Origin: Eledone cirrhosa
Lineage: Eukaryota
Direction: 5' to 3'
DNA length: 64,000 nt
Assembly (NCBI GenBank): GCA_964016885.1
Contig: OZ024741.1
Location: 192,882,001-192,946,000, forward strand
Shown here: positions 41,678-52,779 of the stretch, piece by piece
How the letters are laid out: every line of letters starts with the position of its first letter
Numbering within the stretch: the stretch's first letter is position 1
Position numbers and translations under genes: made by a program
The notes under the pieces: generated by a model
Told to the model about the DNA's origin: nothing
Databases searched by the model: none
Seen by the model: the letters and a program-made list of their open reading frames with translations, nothing else

Positions 41678-42370
41678 GGTGAGACAGCTCGTAGTATAGG
41701 AGAACGATTAAATGAACACTGGCGGGAGCTAGCAAGATAGAAAAGAATCATCAGTACTACACCAACATGCTAAAATAGAAGATAAGAGCAAATTAGAGAA
41801 CATAGAAATAAAAATAAAATCTACACACAGAAAAAACGCAATAAACATAAATGAACTCCAACCAAAATTAAATAGAAAAGATGAATTGAATAGCAACATC
41901 ACAACTTACAATTAAGGACAAAATGAAAACAAACACACATAGAACAAACAACCAACTAGTAACATGTAAATAAACAAATAAATAAACAAATAAAAACACA
42001 CACAGACACCCGGATGTATCACATGCGCAAACTAAGCACACAACACACACACAAACAAGATGGCGTAGGACAGAACAAAGGAGAGGCACAAAACAAAGAA
42101 AAGAATCCCCAGTCACTGAAGAGATCACAGAATGTGTGACGAAAGAACTTTGACAATATACGAACAACCGTCTGGTTGTGGAACCAACCAGCCAACCGGA
42201 AATTTACAAATTTCTTAAATATATAAATTTAATTTATAATCAATTAGAGTGAAACAACTGGTGCGTGTGTTTCTTATTGGCAACATGACCCTCCCAAAGT
42301 ATAACAATATCGGTTTCAACACATGTTTTCAGATAAAGAATCTTGCTAAACAAATTTTCAGAAACGAAAT
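41673..42370 (+). mobile_element. Penelope P3 3' fragment (GIY-YIG end plus pLTR)
   Basis: YIGETARSIGER; pLTR highly similar to 16300-16828; (TA)n flanks. Confidence 0.85.
42112..42154 (+). ncRNA. P3 variant hammerhead
   Basis: GTCA-CTGAAGA-GA-TCACA...TGTGAC-GAAAGAACTT-TGAC. Confidence 0.6.
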
Positions 42371-42733
42371 ATATATATATATATATATATATAAGTGTGT
42401 GTGTGTGTGTAGATAGGTCTATCTATTTAAATACATACAAAGAGCAAGAGTTGTTGAATATAGGAATCAATATATGTCTAGAGTCTAATATCCATTATAA
42501 TTTTATTGACAATTACTGCTAAGTTTCACTGCTATTAGGTTCTTCAAATACACACACACGTACACATGTACATACATATATGGAAAGGGAAATAGGCCGA
42601 TCGTCAAATCGGAACAGAAACTCCTGAAATAAAGTATTTTGTTTCAGAATTCAATGTACCGGCGGTCCTGGAATCAATCAAACATAACGTCTTTTTATCG
42701 TAAGTTCAACACATCGAACAATTAGCACACACA

Positions 42734-42834
<101 letters not shown>

Positions 42835-42939
42835 CCAAAAGTTAAACAAGGTTCATTGATTAATCAATGAATATAGTTTTACAATAGATTAGAAGCACTC
42901 AACTGTGAAGTTTTCTGGAGTTATTAATATTAATTCCAA

Positions 42940-43124
42940 GGGCGGTGGATTGGCAGTATCGGTAGAGGGTCGGACGCCATGCTTTCAAGCATAGTTACGT
43001 CCCTTTACGATCTGAGTTCAAATCCCGTCAAGGTTGACTTTGCCTTTCATCCTTACGGGGTCGATAAAATAAAGTACCAGTAATGCACTGGGTAATTGCT
43101 GGCCTTGTGCCTAAAGTAGAAACA
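42940..43124 (+). mobile_element. Full-length tRNA-SINE S1
   Basis: A and B boxes; core GCCTTTCATCCTTACGGGGTCGATAAAAT; 14-bp TSD AATATTAATTCCAA at 42926-42939 and 43125-43138. Confidence 0.92.
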
Positions 43125-44479
43125 AATATTAATTCCAAATATTAATAAATATAGACATTCATATATCAAATATATTTTATTATATATATTTCAGAGGTAA
43201 TGTTCTGTTTCCTCAGTACGTCCTCATCAGATAAAATAAATTGATGTCTGACATACCTCAACTGTGCTGATGGTTCAATTTCAGTCGTGGCAAGGATTAG
43301 TTATGACAAAACTCAATATTTATATACCATAAGCAGTAACATGACAATCTACATATAATTGAGAGGGTGAGTAGGAAGACGTGTAGAAAAAAATACAATA
43401 AATACATTTACAGATAAATAAAATACATAAACACATCAGTACATAACTGTTAAATATTTAAATAAATATTTAAATATCCGTATTAGAGAAAAAAACAAAT
43501 GAGAGAGAGAGAGCTAAATAGATGAGAAAAGGAAAAGATAGAGAGATGAAGATAAAAACGAAGACAGGGAGCTATAGATGGTATAATATAATTACATAAG
43601 GAAAAGAAGAATGGAGGTACATTGCGTGACCGTTTTTCTTTTCAAATATTAAGTTAGGTATAAACGATCAATTAAATACCGTAAAATGTTTACTCTATAA
43701 TATTTGAAAGAAATTATACTATTATATTATATCAAAATTAAAACAATATAGAGTGATATAAGATAATATAACATATTTTCAATGAAAATCTGGAGCAAAT
43801 TTAAATTAGTAAATACATTCAATAATTTAGTCATAAAATTCAAAATTCAAAATATTATTAACTAACAATGGTGCTTACAAATATAGTAAATATGATATTA
43901 TTAAACTAGATAATAGCATCTGTATATGCATTTTATATAAACAAAACTATTTAAATCGATATTTGTCAATTACATATAGGATTAATTATTAGTTATATTT
44001 ACACTTGAGAGTATTATTATTTCGATTCAACCAAATTTTACTGTATTCAATACTATAAATCAAGTTAAATACAGATTATTAATCAATTTAGATAAAACGA
44101 AACTTATACACGATAAATGTAAACAATATCTACGTACGGCGTATCTAAACGTTTAAATTAATTAAACGGTTTGAAAGTCTGAAGATATTACAGATCCCAA
44201 ATTTATAAAATAATTGACAAATATCGATTTAAATATTATTGTTTATATAAAATGCTTATACAGATGCTATTATCTAAGTAAGTTAAGTTTAATAATATCA
44301 TATTTACTATATTTGTAAGCACCATTGTTAGTTAATAATATTTTGAATTTTGAATTTTATAACTGAATTATTGAATGTATTTACTAATTTAAATTTGCTC
44401 CAGATTTTCATTGAAAATATGTTATATTATCTTATATCACTCTATATTGTTTTAATTTTGATATAATATAATAGTATAA

Positions 44480-44735
44480 GTATGTACACGTACATACATA
44501 TATGTATACAGACGTACAGTAGTATGTATATATATGTACATACATGCACACATATATATATGTACGTATGGATTCACCGAACATTTATTATAATGCTCGG
44601 TGTGTTTGTAAACAAACATCCCGTATTAAACCGTAGTGTCTAGCAACCAACGTTGCTCGTTTGTTCAACACTGACAAAGGAACGCTGTACTAGTTTCAAG
44701 CTTATTAGCTATCGTCAGCAACGTATACCTTACTG
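44480..44735 (-). mobile_element. 256-bp hammerhead-bearing retroposon with 13-bp TSD
   Basis: TSD TATAATAGTATAA at 44467-44479 and 44736-44748; single copy in the other arm (~43714-43726); HHR near the 5' end; AATAAA; (CATA/TA)-rich 3' tail. Confidence 0.85.
44682..44724 (-). ncRNA. Minimal type I hammerhead ribozyme
   Basis: ACGTTG-CTGACGA-tAGCT aata AGCTt-GAAAC-TA-GTA-CAGCGT; palindromic ACTAGT stem III. Confidence 0.8.
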
Positions 44736-45335
44736 TATAATAGTATAATTTCTTTCAAATATTATAGAGTAAACATTTTACGGTATTTAATTGATCGTTT
44801 ATACCTAACTTAATATTTGAAAAGAAAAACGGTCACGCATCATGTACCTCTATTTTTCTTTTCCTTATGTAATTATATTATACCATCTATATCTCCCTTT
44901 CTTCGTTTTTATCTTCATCTCTCTATCTTTTTCTTTTCTCCTATATTTAGCTCTCTCTCTCTCATTTGTTTTTTTCTCTAATACGGATATTTACATATTT
45001 ATTTAAATATTTAACAGTTATGTACTGATGTGTTTATGTATTTTATTTATCTGTAAATGTATTTATTTTATTTTTTTCTACACGTCTTCCTACTCACCCT
45101 CTCAATTATATGTAGATTGTCATATTACTACTTATGGTATATAAATATTGAGTTTTGTCCTCACTAATCACTGCCAAGACTGGAATTGAACCATCAGCAC
45201 AGTTGAGGTATGTCAGACATCAATTTATTTTATCTGATGAGGACGTACTGAGGAAACAGAACATTACCTCTGAAATATATATAATAAAATATATTTGATT
45301 ACATGAATGTCTATATTTATTAATATTTGTTATTA

Positions 45336-45375
<40 letters not shown>

Positions 45376-45381
<6 letters not shown>

Positions 45382-45665
45382 ATACTTGGGGAGGGTCATA
45401 TTGTTGTAATAATATTGCCAGAAATAATAACAGAACACACTCACTGTTTGGTTGGTTTTTGCTTCTGTATCTTTTATATCTCCATAGTTAATTTATTTGG
45501 CAATCAATGTTTATCATTGATTGACCAACGGTTAAAAATACAGATATAAATATATATATATAGTCTATCAAAGTTCTTTCCTTGCACATCTGTAACATCA
45601 TCAGTGGTACTATTATCATGTTGCCTCCTATTGTATTGTATTGTAATGTTTACGCCATTTTTATT

Positions 45666-45696
<31 letters not shown>

Positions 45697-45838
45697 TTTT
45701 TGTCTCAGTCTCTGCGCATGCGTTTGCGTGTGTGTAAAATGTTTGGTGTATGTGTTCGCGTTTGAGTATGTGTTTTGGTTTTTGTATTCTGTCTTTGTTT
45801 ACTAGTGTGTGTTTATATGTGTTTGTTGTTATTGTACT

Positions 45839-45890
<52 letters not shown>

Positions 45891-46457
45891 TTATTTATTT
45901 ATATTTCCCTTAAGTCAGTATTGTTTGTTTTGGGTATGGTTGTTGGGGGAAGTTAATTAACCAATGTAGAAAGATTAAAGTGGGAGAAAAGCCAGGAACT
46001 ACCATAAAATCCCTGATCAGCAAAACATACCCCTTTAAGAAAACCCACTGTACTAATAAGAAATGTGTTATATGTAAAATGAACCCCCAGATAAACTGTA
46101 AAACTAGAAATGTAGTCTATAGCATAAGATGTACAGAGCGTACTTGCAGAAACATGACAACGACATACATAGGTGAGACAGCTTGAAGCATAGGAGAAAG
46201 AATAGACCAACACTGGGGGGAATTAAAAGGACAAAACAAAAACGGTTCAGTACTATACGAACACGCCATACAAAGACATGACGGTAATATAGACAACATA
46301 GAAATTAAGATAATATCTAAACATAGAAATGACCCAACAGCCAGGCAAATCAGAGAAGCAAGTGAAATAGAGCTTAGAAAACCAAAGTTAAACAGAAAAA
46401 AACGAATGGAATAACAACAACAACCATACCCAAACAAATAATACTGACTTAAGGGAA

Positions 46458-46466
<9 letters not shown>
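45376..46466. mobile_element. Penelope P3-related insertion with inversion
   Basis: Minus-strand pLTR 45376-45840; plus-strand GIY-YIG 45960-46412 (VVYSIRC...YIGETA); ~45895-45946 mirrored at ~46418-46466. Confidence 0.8.
45567..45608 (-). ncRNA. P3 variant hammerhead, mutated
   Basis: ACCA-CTGATGA-T-GTTACA gatg TGCAAG-GAAAGAACTT-TGAT. Confidence 0.5.
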
Positions 46467-46535
<69 letters not shown>

Positions 46536-47349
46536 ATCTTAGTGCATGTGAGTGTGCAAGTATGTGGTGCTTCAGATACGATCTTTTGAATAATTTTCTT
46601 TTATTTGAAATTTGGAATATTAACGAATTTATATGATGAGTAACAACAAAGAGCCACAAATCGTAAAGATACTTTTATTCATGCATTGGTAGGTAAGAAT
46701 TATCAGTTGAAGAATCATATGAACAATTTAGCTTAAAAAAAAAATGGAAAAGGCTTTGTAACCGGTAAGAGTGTCAGACACCATGAGTTGCGGCCCGAGT
46801 TAAGACAATTTGAAATCTTTTCCGCCATCAATTATTAAAAAAACAAGTTAAAATCATTTAGTCGTCCATTCGTAATGTACTTTACACTTTAGTGTAAATA
46901 TATAAACAGATACAGATAACAGAAGGAAGGGGCTGGTGAAACGCTATAGCCTATCCGAAAAAAAAAAATCAGTAATTTTGGATTGAGTTGATTTCACATT
47001 TTGACTTAACAGAAAGTCTTCAATTCCAGTCACATATTGTAACACGGTATCCGATATTTCAGAGCAAGAAAAAAGATATTGCCGTACTTTTTCATTACAA
47101 GAATATGCTTCTTGCAAAGTAATCTTTTGCTGAGCCGAAACGCCTGTTTCACATTTTCTTCTTCATTTTCTTCTTCGTGAAGTGAACTGTCAGTAGACTG
47201 TGTATAGTCTCATTGTAGTGATCTCGTTGGTAGTTCGAAATTACGTCTGGTGAATATTCGGGTTTTACCTTCGTTCGTACAGATATATACAGTGTATTAT
47301 AACACAAAATAATTACAATAGGCTTAGAAACGTACTTAGACAGCGCCAA

Positions 47350-48545
47350 TGAGTGGATGATGGTGTTAGTAAGAGAACGCGAAAACTAGAAGAAACTTCA
47401 TTCAGTACTCAACGAGGTAGCAAAGTACAGGAAAGAACAACAAAACTGAAGACATACACCTAAATAATGAAGCTGACCTAATTCCAACTAAGGCAGAAAA
47501 TTCCACGGAAGCAAGTCAAAGCTAGAAGGTTTAACAACATTTAGAGAAAGATGGCAACAAAAACCCCTGCACGGGCAGTTCCCACTGTGCACCTAAGATG
47601 CTGATGTAGATCATGCCCAAACCCATCAGTTGCTATGAAGTTTGGGATTAAAACCTGGAACAGAAGGCTTTATATTTGCTGTCCATACCCAGAGCCTCTT
47701 TACTAGGAATTATCAGGCAAATATTCTCAGAAATGGAGCAGACCCCAAATGCAGGATATGTAACGTACAGTCTGAAACACAATTGACCATATGATATCAG
47801 GATATCCCACGCTAACACCAAATGAATACAAGATTACACATGATAGTGTGGAACAATAGACTCACTGGATAATATGCAAAGAATACATTGCAGGAGATGC
47901 AGAAAACTGGTATGAACACAATCCAGTCACTGAGACTATAGGTGTAACAATCCTTTGGGACTTGATCATTCACACAGATCGCACTATTAATGCAAACCTC
48001 CCTGATATTATTACATATTTTTTTTTTAATCAAGACCTGCTTACCCATTGACATGACTGTACCGTCGATTAGAAATGTGTCAGAAAAAAGTATGAGAAAT
48101 TTGCTAAATATAAAAATCCAGAAATTGAATTAAACAGAATATTAAACAAACTATTCCGGTAGTGATAGAAGCGCTTGGTGTCATAAAGAAAGGTGTTCAA
48201 AAATTTCTAGAAAACTTACCTAGCTTCTATGAAATCCAAAAGATAGTTCTAACAAGTACTGTCCACTTACTTTTTTAACTTTTGTCTTTGTAATATATGT
48301 CAACACACAATCCTTTCTGTTTGATCTTTAGAGCAATTTTATTTAATATTTAATACCATTCAAATATCATTAATGCAAAATGACTTTATATCTTTTATAT
48401 TCCTTAATACATATTTTTATCCCCTCCTACTCCTACCTTTTTATAATTTCTCATTAAAAAGAAAAAAAAAATATTTACCTATTAACTTTAGTGATGTGAC
48501 TTGTTAAGTGAATGTGAGGACGGAACACAATAAAACAAAAATTAC
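47350..48545 (+). pseudogene. Old R4-type RLE LINE 3' fragment, family C
   Basis: WQQKPLHGQFP, TEGFI, RNYQANI, CRIC..ETI, ILWD..IHTDRTI motifs across frameshifts. Confidence 0.75.
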
Positions 48546-48699
48546 GGAAAACTGTCAAAACCAACGATGCTTGCTCTCAGTATCTGTGTGATATTCGGTA
48601 GTTATGTATAAAACGAAATCGTGGTGTCAGACGCAGACATCGTGTCTACCATTAAGTACTTCACTGCCATCAGCAGCGGAGGTACTGGTGGTTTTAGGC

Positions 48700-49440
48700 A
48701 AGGCTTCCTCAAAGTGCTGCTATCCCCCTATCAGCCGAAGTCGGGTGCCACCTTCTGAGTGTAATTGTGGCACTCATCAACAGGTTCATTATTGGAGCCC
48801 TGGACCCTTACGCTCGAGGCCTCTTCTTTTAGGTCAGCCTGACCGCTCTCAGGAAGAAAGAGGCTGACATATTCCCTAATACTGTGGGCAATGTCTCCTG
48901 GAGGATGGCTGTTAAGGTGATCTTCAGGTGTATTACACCTGAACTGGGTGAGGAACTCAGCCCGGTGCAACTAGGGGTCGGCGTGTCCGGTGGATGTGAG
49001 GGAGTTGCACATGCAGCTAGGCAGTTCTGCAATAGCTGCTCACCAAAACCGGCGTCGAGGGACGGTAGGCACCTCATTGTCAAGCTTGACATGAGGAATG
49101 CCTTTAACTGCTTACGCCGTGACTATCTGCTCGAGGTCTGCCTCAGTCGATCCCCCTCTACGTACTCGCTGGCCTACCTGTCGTATGGAGCCCCGAGCAT
49201 GCTCCTTGTTGCTGGTATGGTCATAACTTCAGCCACTGGGGTTCAACAGGGTGACGCTTTGCGCCCCCTCCTCTTTGTTCTCTGTATAGACCACATTACT
49301 CGGAACATCAATGGGCGGACATCGTTGGGCGGACCGTGGAGACTGTCTGTCACGGCCTGCTATCGGTGGTTCCTGCTCAGGCGAAAATTGGCCTCAAGGT
49401 CAACTCGTCCAAGCCGGAGGTGGAGAATGTGAACCACATT
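48700..49440 (+). pseudogene. CRE-clade non-LTR RT fragment
   Basis: ORF 48884-49432 has LSPVQLGVGVSGGCEGVAHAAR, KLDMRNAFN and SATGVQQGD motifs. Confidence 0.75.
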
Positions 49441-50220
49441 GCAGAGCACCCTCCTCCCTTATCTACTAACCCCCAGCGTGCATCTAAAATACCATTCCAG
49501 TTTCCCACTAACACTTTAGAGCGGCACGTTTCCAGGAACGTCTTTAGACGTCTGACAAAGTCTGGCCGTCCTGCCTCTGTCGGGACATAAACAGCCACTA
49601 GCCTGAAAGCATAGCCTTCGCTGCCGGTCACATCTAACACCACCGACTTACCTTCTGGGCCCAGGAAGATAGTCCATATGACGAGATCCAGGCTTTTCCG
49701 AAAGTTCACGGTCCCCTGCCTCCCGATCCCGGACGACTTCGGGATGCGTACAACTCGTAACCGGCGAGAATGAGTGCGAAGATCCGTGCCTCAGAAATTC
49801 TGGTCTAGCTGATGGCCACCACTTCTATGTTCATTGATCTGAGGTCGTTAAGCAGGTGACCCTGCTTCCATGATGACCCCAGGCCACGTGCATTCACACT
49901 GCCTATCCTGAGTATGTTGGGTGAGAAATAGGATATGTGAGAAAGGATCACTTACCCTGTTTGCGTAGAGAAAAGGCGGTTGAATCGTCCCTTCGGCTGG
50001 TCGTGGACACCTCCTTGAGAATATCTGTGCATATTCTTTTTGTCAACGATCCTCTGAAATCCCCAACGCAGTTGGAGAATTTACTTTTTAAGTCTTTGTA
50101 TTATTCAAAGAACCAGATTTGTGACTGACGCGAATAAGACCACCGAAACTGAAACTACAATAGGATGAGAAAAACAAAAACAAACCGTACTGCATCGTCC
50201 TTCGCACGAGTTAACAAGGG
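49441..50220 (-). pseudogene. Tx1 LINE fragment (ORF1 end plus AP-endonuclease N-half)
   Basis: RIGSVNARGL near 49900; LVAVYVP and LVGNWN motifs in ORF 49377-49709. Confidence 0.75.
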
Positions 50221-50329
50221 GTGCATCAAGACCTTAGATAGATCGGCCTGTTCCTAAAATATATTGCAGTCTCAATTTCATGCTTCAACAACTAGCGATA
50301 GGTGTGTGATATGTCCTGTGTGGTGTGAG

Positions 50330-52638
50330 ATGGACAAACAAATTGTGCGTATCCCGAGACCCTAAAGAGGGTCTGGAAGAGAATAAATCTTAACAGTTGG
50401 AACCTGGAACATCACGACCTTTACAAGGAATGAACAGGAACTAGTGAAGGAGGCTAGATATAGTCTGTGTTTCCTCAACAAAGTTCGGTAGCTCTGATAC
50501 TGTAGATTTGAAATGATTGCATATGTAGGAGTGGTGATAACCTCGAGCTCCCGGCTATCAGAATGTCTTATGGACTAGATCCCCTTACGAGGGAGGATTT
50601 GCCTCTTGAAGCTTAGGGTGAAAGATAGATCTCTGTAGATTATGCAATTTTATGGACGAAACAAGGAGTCTGAATACAGGTCCTTCTTTGATGAAGTCAC
50701 TGCAGCGTTAAATGTAGTTAAGACTGAGTCATATATCCTGATGGGAGACTTAAATGCATGTTGGCACTGACCACCTGACATGGAAAAGAGTGATTGGAGG
50801 GAATGGCAACCCCGATCTTAATACGAATGGAGAGGCCTTATTAGACTTCTGTTCTTGCAATGGCCTCTCTATTATCAACAACTTCTTCCAGCCCAGAGAC
50901 ATCCATAAATATACATGGTGTAAGGGGAATCAGGGACAGAAATAAATAATTGAATTTGTACTTGTCTCTGATCTCTTTGATTCTGTCCTGGATGTCCATG
51001 TTGAGAGATGGGCTGAGCTGTCAACTGATCATCTGAGACTACCTAAAACCAAAGAAGCCTATAAAACTGGCAGGTCCAGGGCTACTTACAGGATAAAGTG
51101 GGAAGCATTGGTGTATAAGGATGTTAGGACCAGGTATGCAGATACTATTGCATCCAAATTCAAAGAACTTCCTGAGCAAACTGAGGATGTTGAGACAGAG
51201 TGGAGATTGTTCGGCGCAGCAGTTTATGCTTCAGTGGTTAAATGCTTCAGGTGAAAGAGGCTTGGTGTGGCGCCAGATGGCAGGAGGACCCATTTGTTCA
51301 ATCACGACATCAAAGATGCCATCCGAGCAAAGAAGGAGGCTTACAAATCTTGGCTTAGAAATAAGTCCTCCTTGCACTTGCGGTACAAGCAGGCATGAAT
51401 AATCGCAGCAGAGACAGTTAAATGGTCCAAAGTTAAGGCATGGGAGGAATTTGGGGGTTAAGCTAGAATCCGACTTCAGATCAGCAAATAAAGTGTTGTG
51501 GCAGGACGTCGACCGACTTCGTAATATAATATGAAGCCCTCCTCTACACCTGCTATCAAGAACGCGTCTGGGATTCTCCTCTCTTCAAAGAAGTGCATCC
51601 TCGCGAGGTAAAGAAAATACTTTGCTAATCTCCTATACCCGATCACAACATCTGATGTACACAAGGTGCATTTCGAAGCGGTGACTAACCTCTCAGAGGC
51701 TGAGGTCACAAAAGCAGTTAAAGCGCTCAAATCTGGCAGGATCGCTGGGGGAAGTTGAAATCTGGCCCAAGATGCTAAAAGCCTTAAAAATAAAAGGTGT
51801 TCTCTGGCTTACACGTGTGTGCCGGGTGAACAGGATCTCTGCAAAGGTACGCAAGCAATGGCAATCGGGAGTGATAATGACAATTTTCAAAAAGGGAGAC
51901 GAGAAAGAGTGTTCCAACTACAGAGGGATCTCCTTGTTAAGCCTCCAGAGTAAATTCTATGCTAAGTGTCTGGCAAAAAGATGCAGGGGAATTGTCGAGT
52001 CGAAGCTAACTGATGAACAATATGGTTTTCGCCCTAGACGCAGCACAGCCGACCAAATATTCACACTGCGGCAAGTATTCGAGAAATCGTGAGAGTATTG
52101 TCAAGGGGTATATTCTTGTTTTGTCGACCTTGAAAAGGCATACGACCGCATTCTTCGGGACCTGCTGTGGAAGCTTGTGCAAGAGTATGGGATCGATGAT
52201 CAGCTCCTTGCTGCGCTGATATCACTATACGAATGCCCAAGTATTTGTGTTCAGTTAAATGGTGCTAAATCGAAACCATTCAATATGTGAGTGGGACTCC
52301 GCCAAGGGTGCATACTGACACTTCTATTCATTATTTACATGAACAGTTTTGAAATCCGCAGCAGTATTTGAAGTAGTATCATGACTGGTGCGTGTAAAAT
52401 CAGTCGACTGGAATTTGCAGACGACATGGTGTTACTTAACTCGACAGAATGTGATTTCCGACTTGCACTTGATAGGTTTGATGCCAAGTGCTGCATGGCT
52501 GGAATGAAAATCAGTGCTGCGAAAACTGAGACACTCATCTTTTCAAGGAAGCCTGCGCAGTGCACTCTACGTGTGAATGGTGTTCCACTGAAGCAGGTAG
52601 AGAAGTTCAAGTATCTCAGGGCCATGTTCGCGAGTTAT
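50330..52638 (+). pseudogene. RTE-clade LINE (APE + RT), decayed
   Basis: VGTWNITTL, MGDLNAHVG, HKYTW, NYRGISLLS, QYGFRP, EFADD and VEKFKYL motifs. Confidence 0.88.
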
Positions 52639-52639
52639 G

Positions 52640-52773
52640 GAAGAAGAAGAAGAAGAAGAAGAAGAAGAAGAAGAAGAAGAAGAAGAAGAAGAAGAAGAAG
52701 AAGAAGAAGAAGAAGAAGAAGAAGAAGAAGAAGAAGAAGAAGAAGAAGAAGAAGAAGAAGAAGAAGAAGAAGA
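52640..52773. repeat. Pure (GAA)n tract, ~44 units
   Basis: Direct reading; source of the poly-R/K/E/S/F ORFs. Confidence 0.97.
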
Positions 52774-52779
52774 CGGATG

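Larger units (their letters stand above)
43136..45329. repeat. Long inverted repeat: arms 43136-43972 and 44211-45329, spacer ~238 bp
   Basis: Arms match as reverse complements along their length, except for the insertion at 44480-44735. Confidence 0.92.

Noticed and set aside
42940-43030. tRNA gene
   Set aside because: It is the tRNA-derived head of a multi-copy SINE with a TSD; no full cloverleaf.
45228-45275. CTGATGA..CTGA..GAAAC as HHR or C/D snoRNA
   Set aside because: No stem II, no NUH closure, and too short for a C/D snoRNA.
46184-46186. In-frame TGA in the PLE endonuclease as possible selenocysteine
   Set aside because: It aligns to Arg (ETAR) in sister copies. Cys positions in the Naiad-like ORFs at 18700 and 40308 have no TGA.
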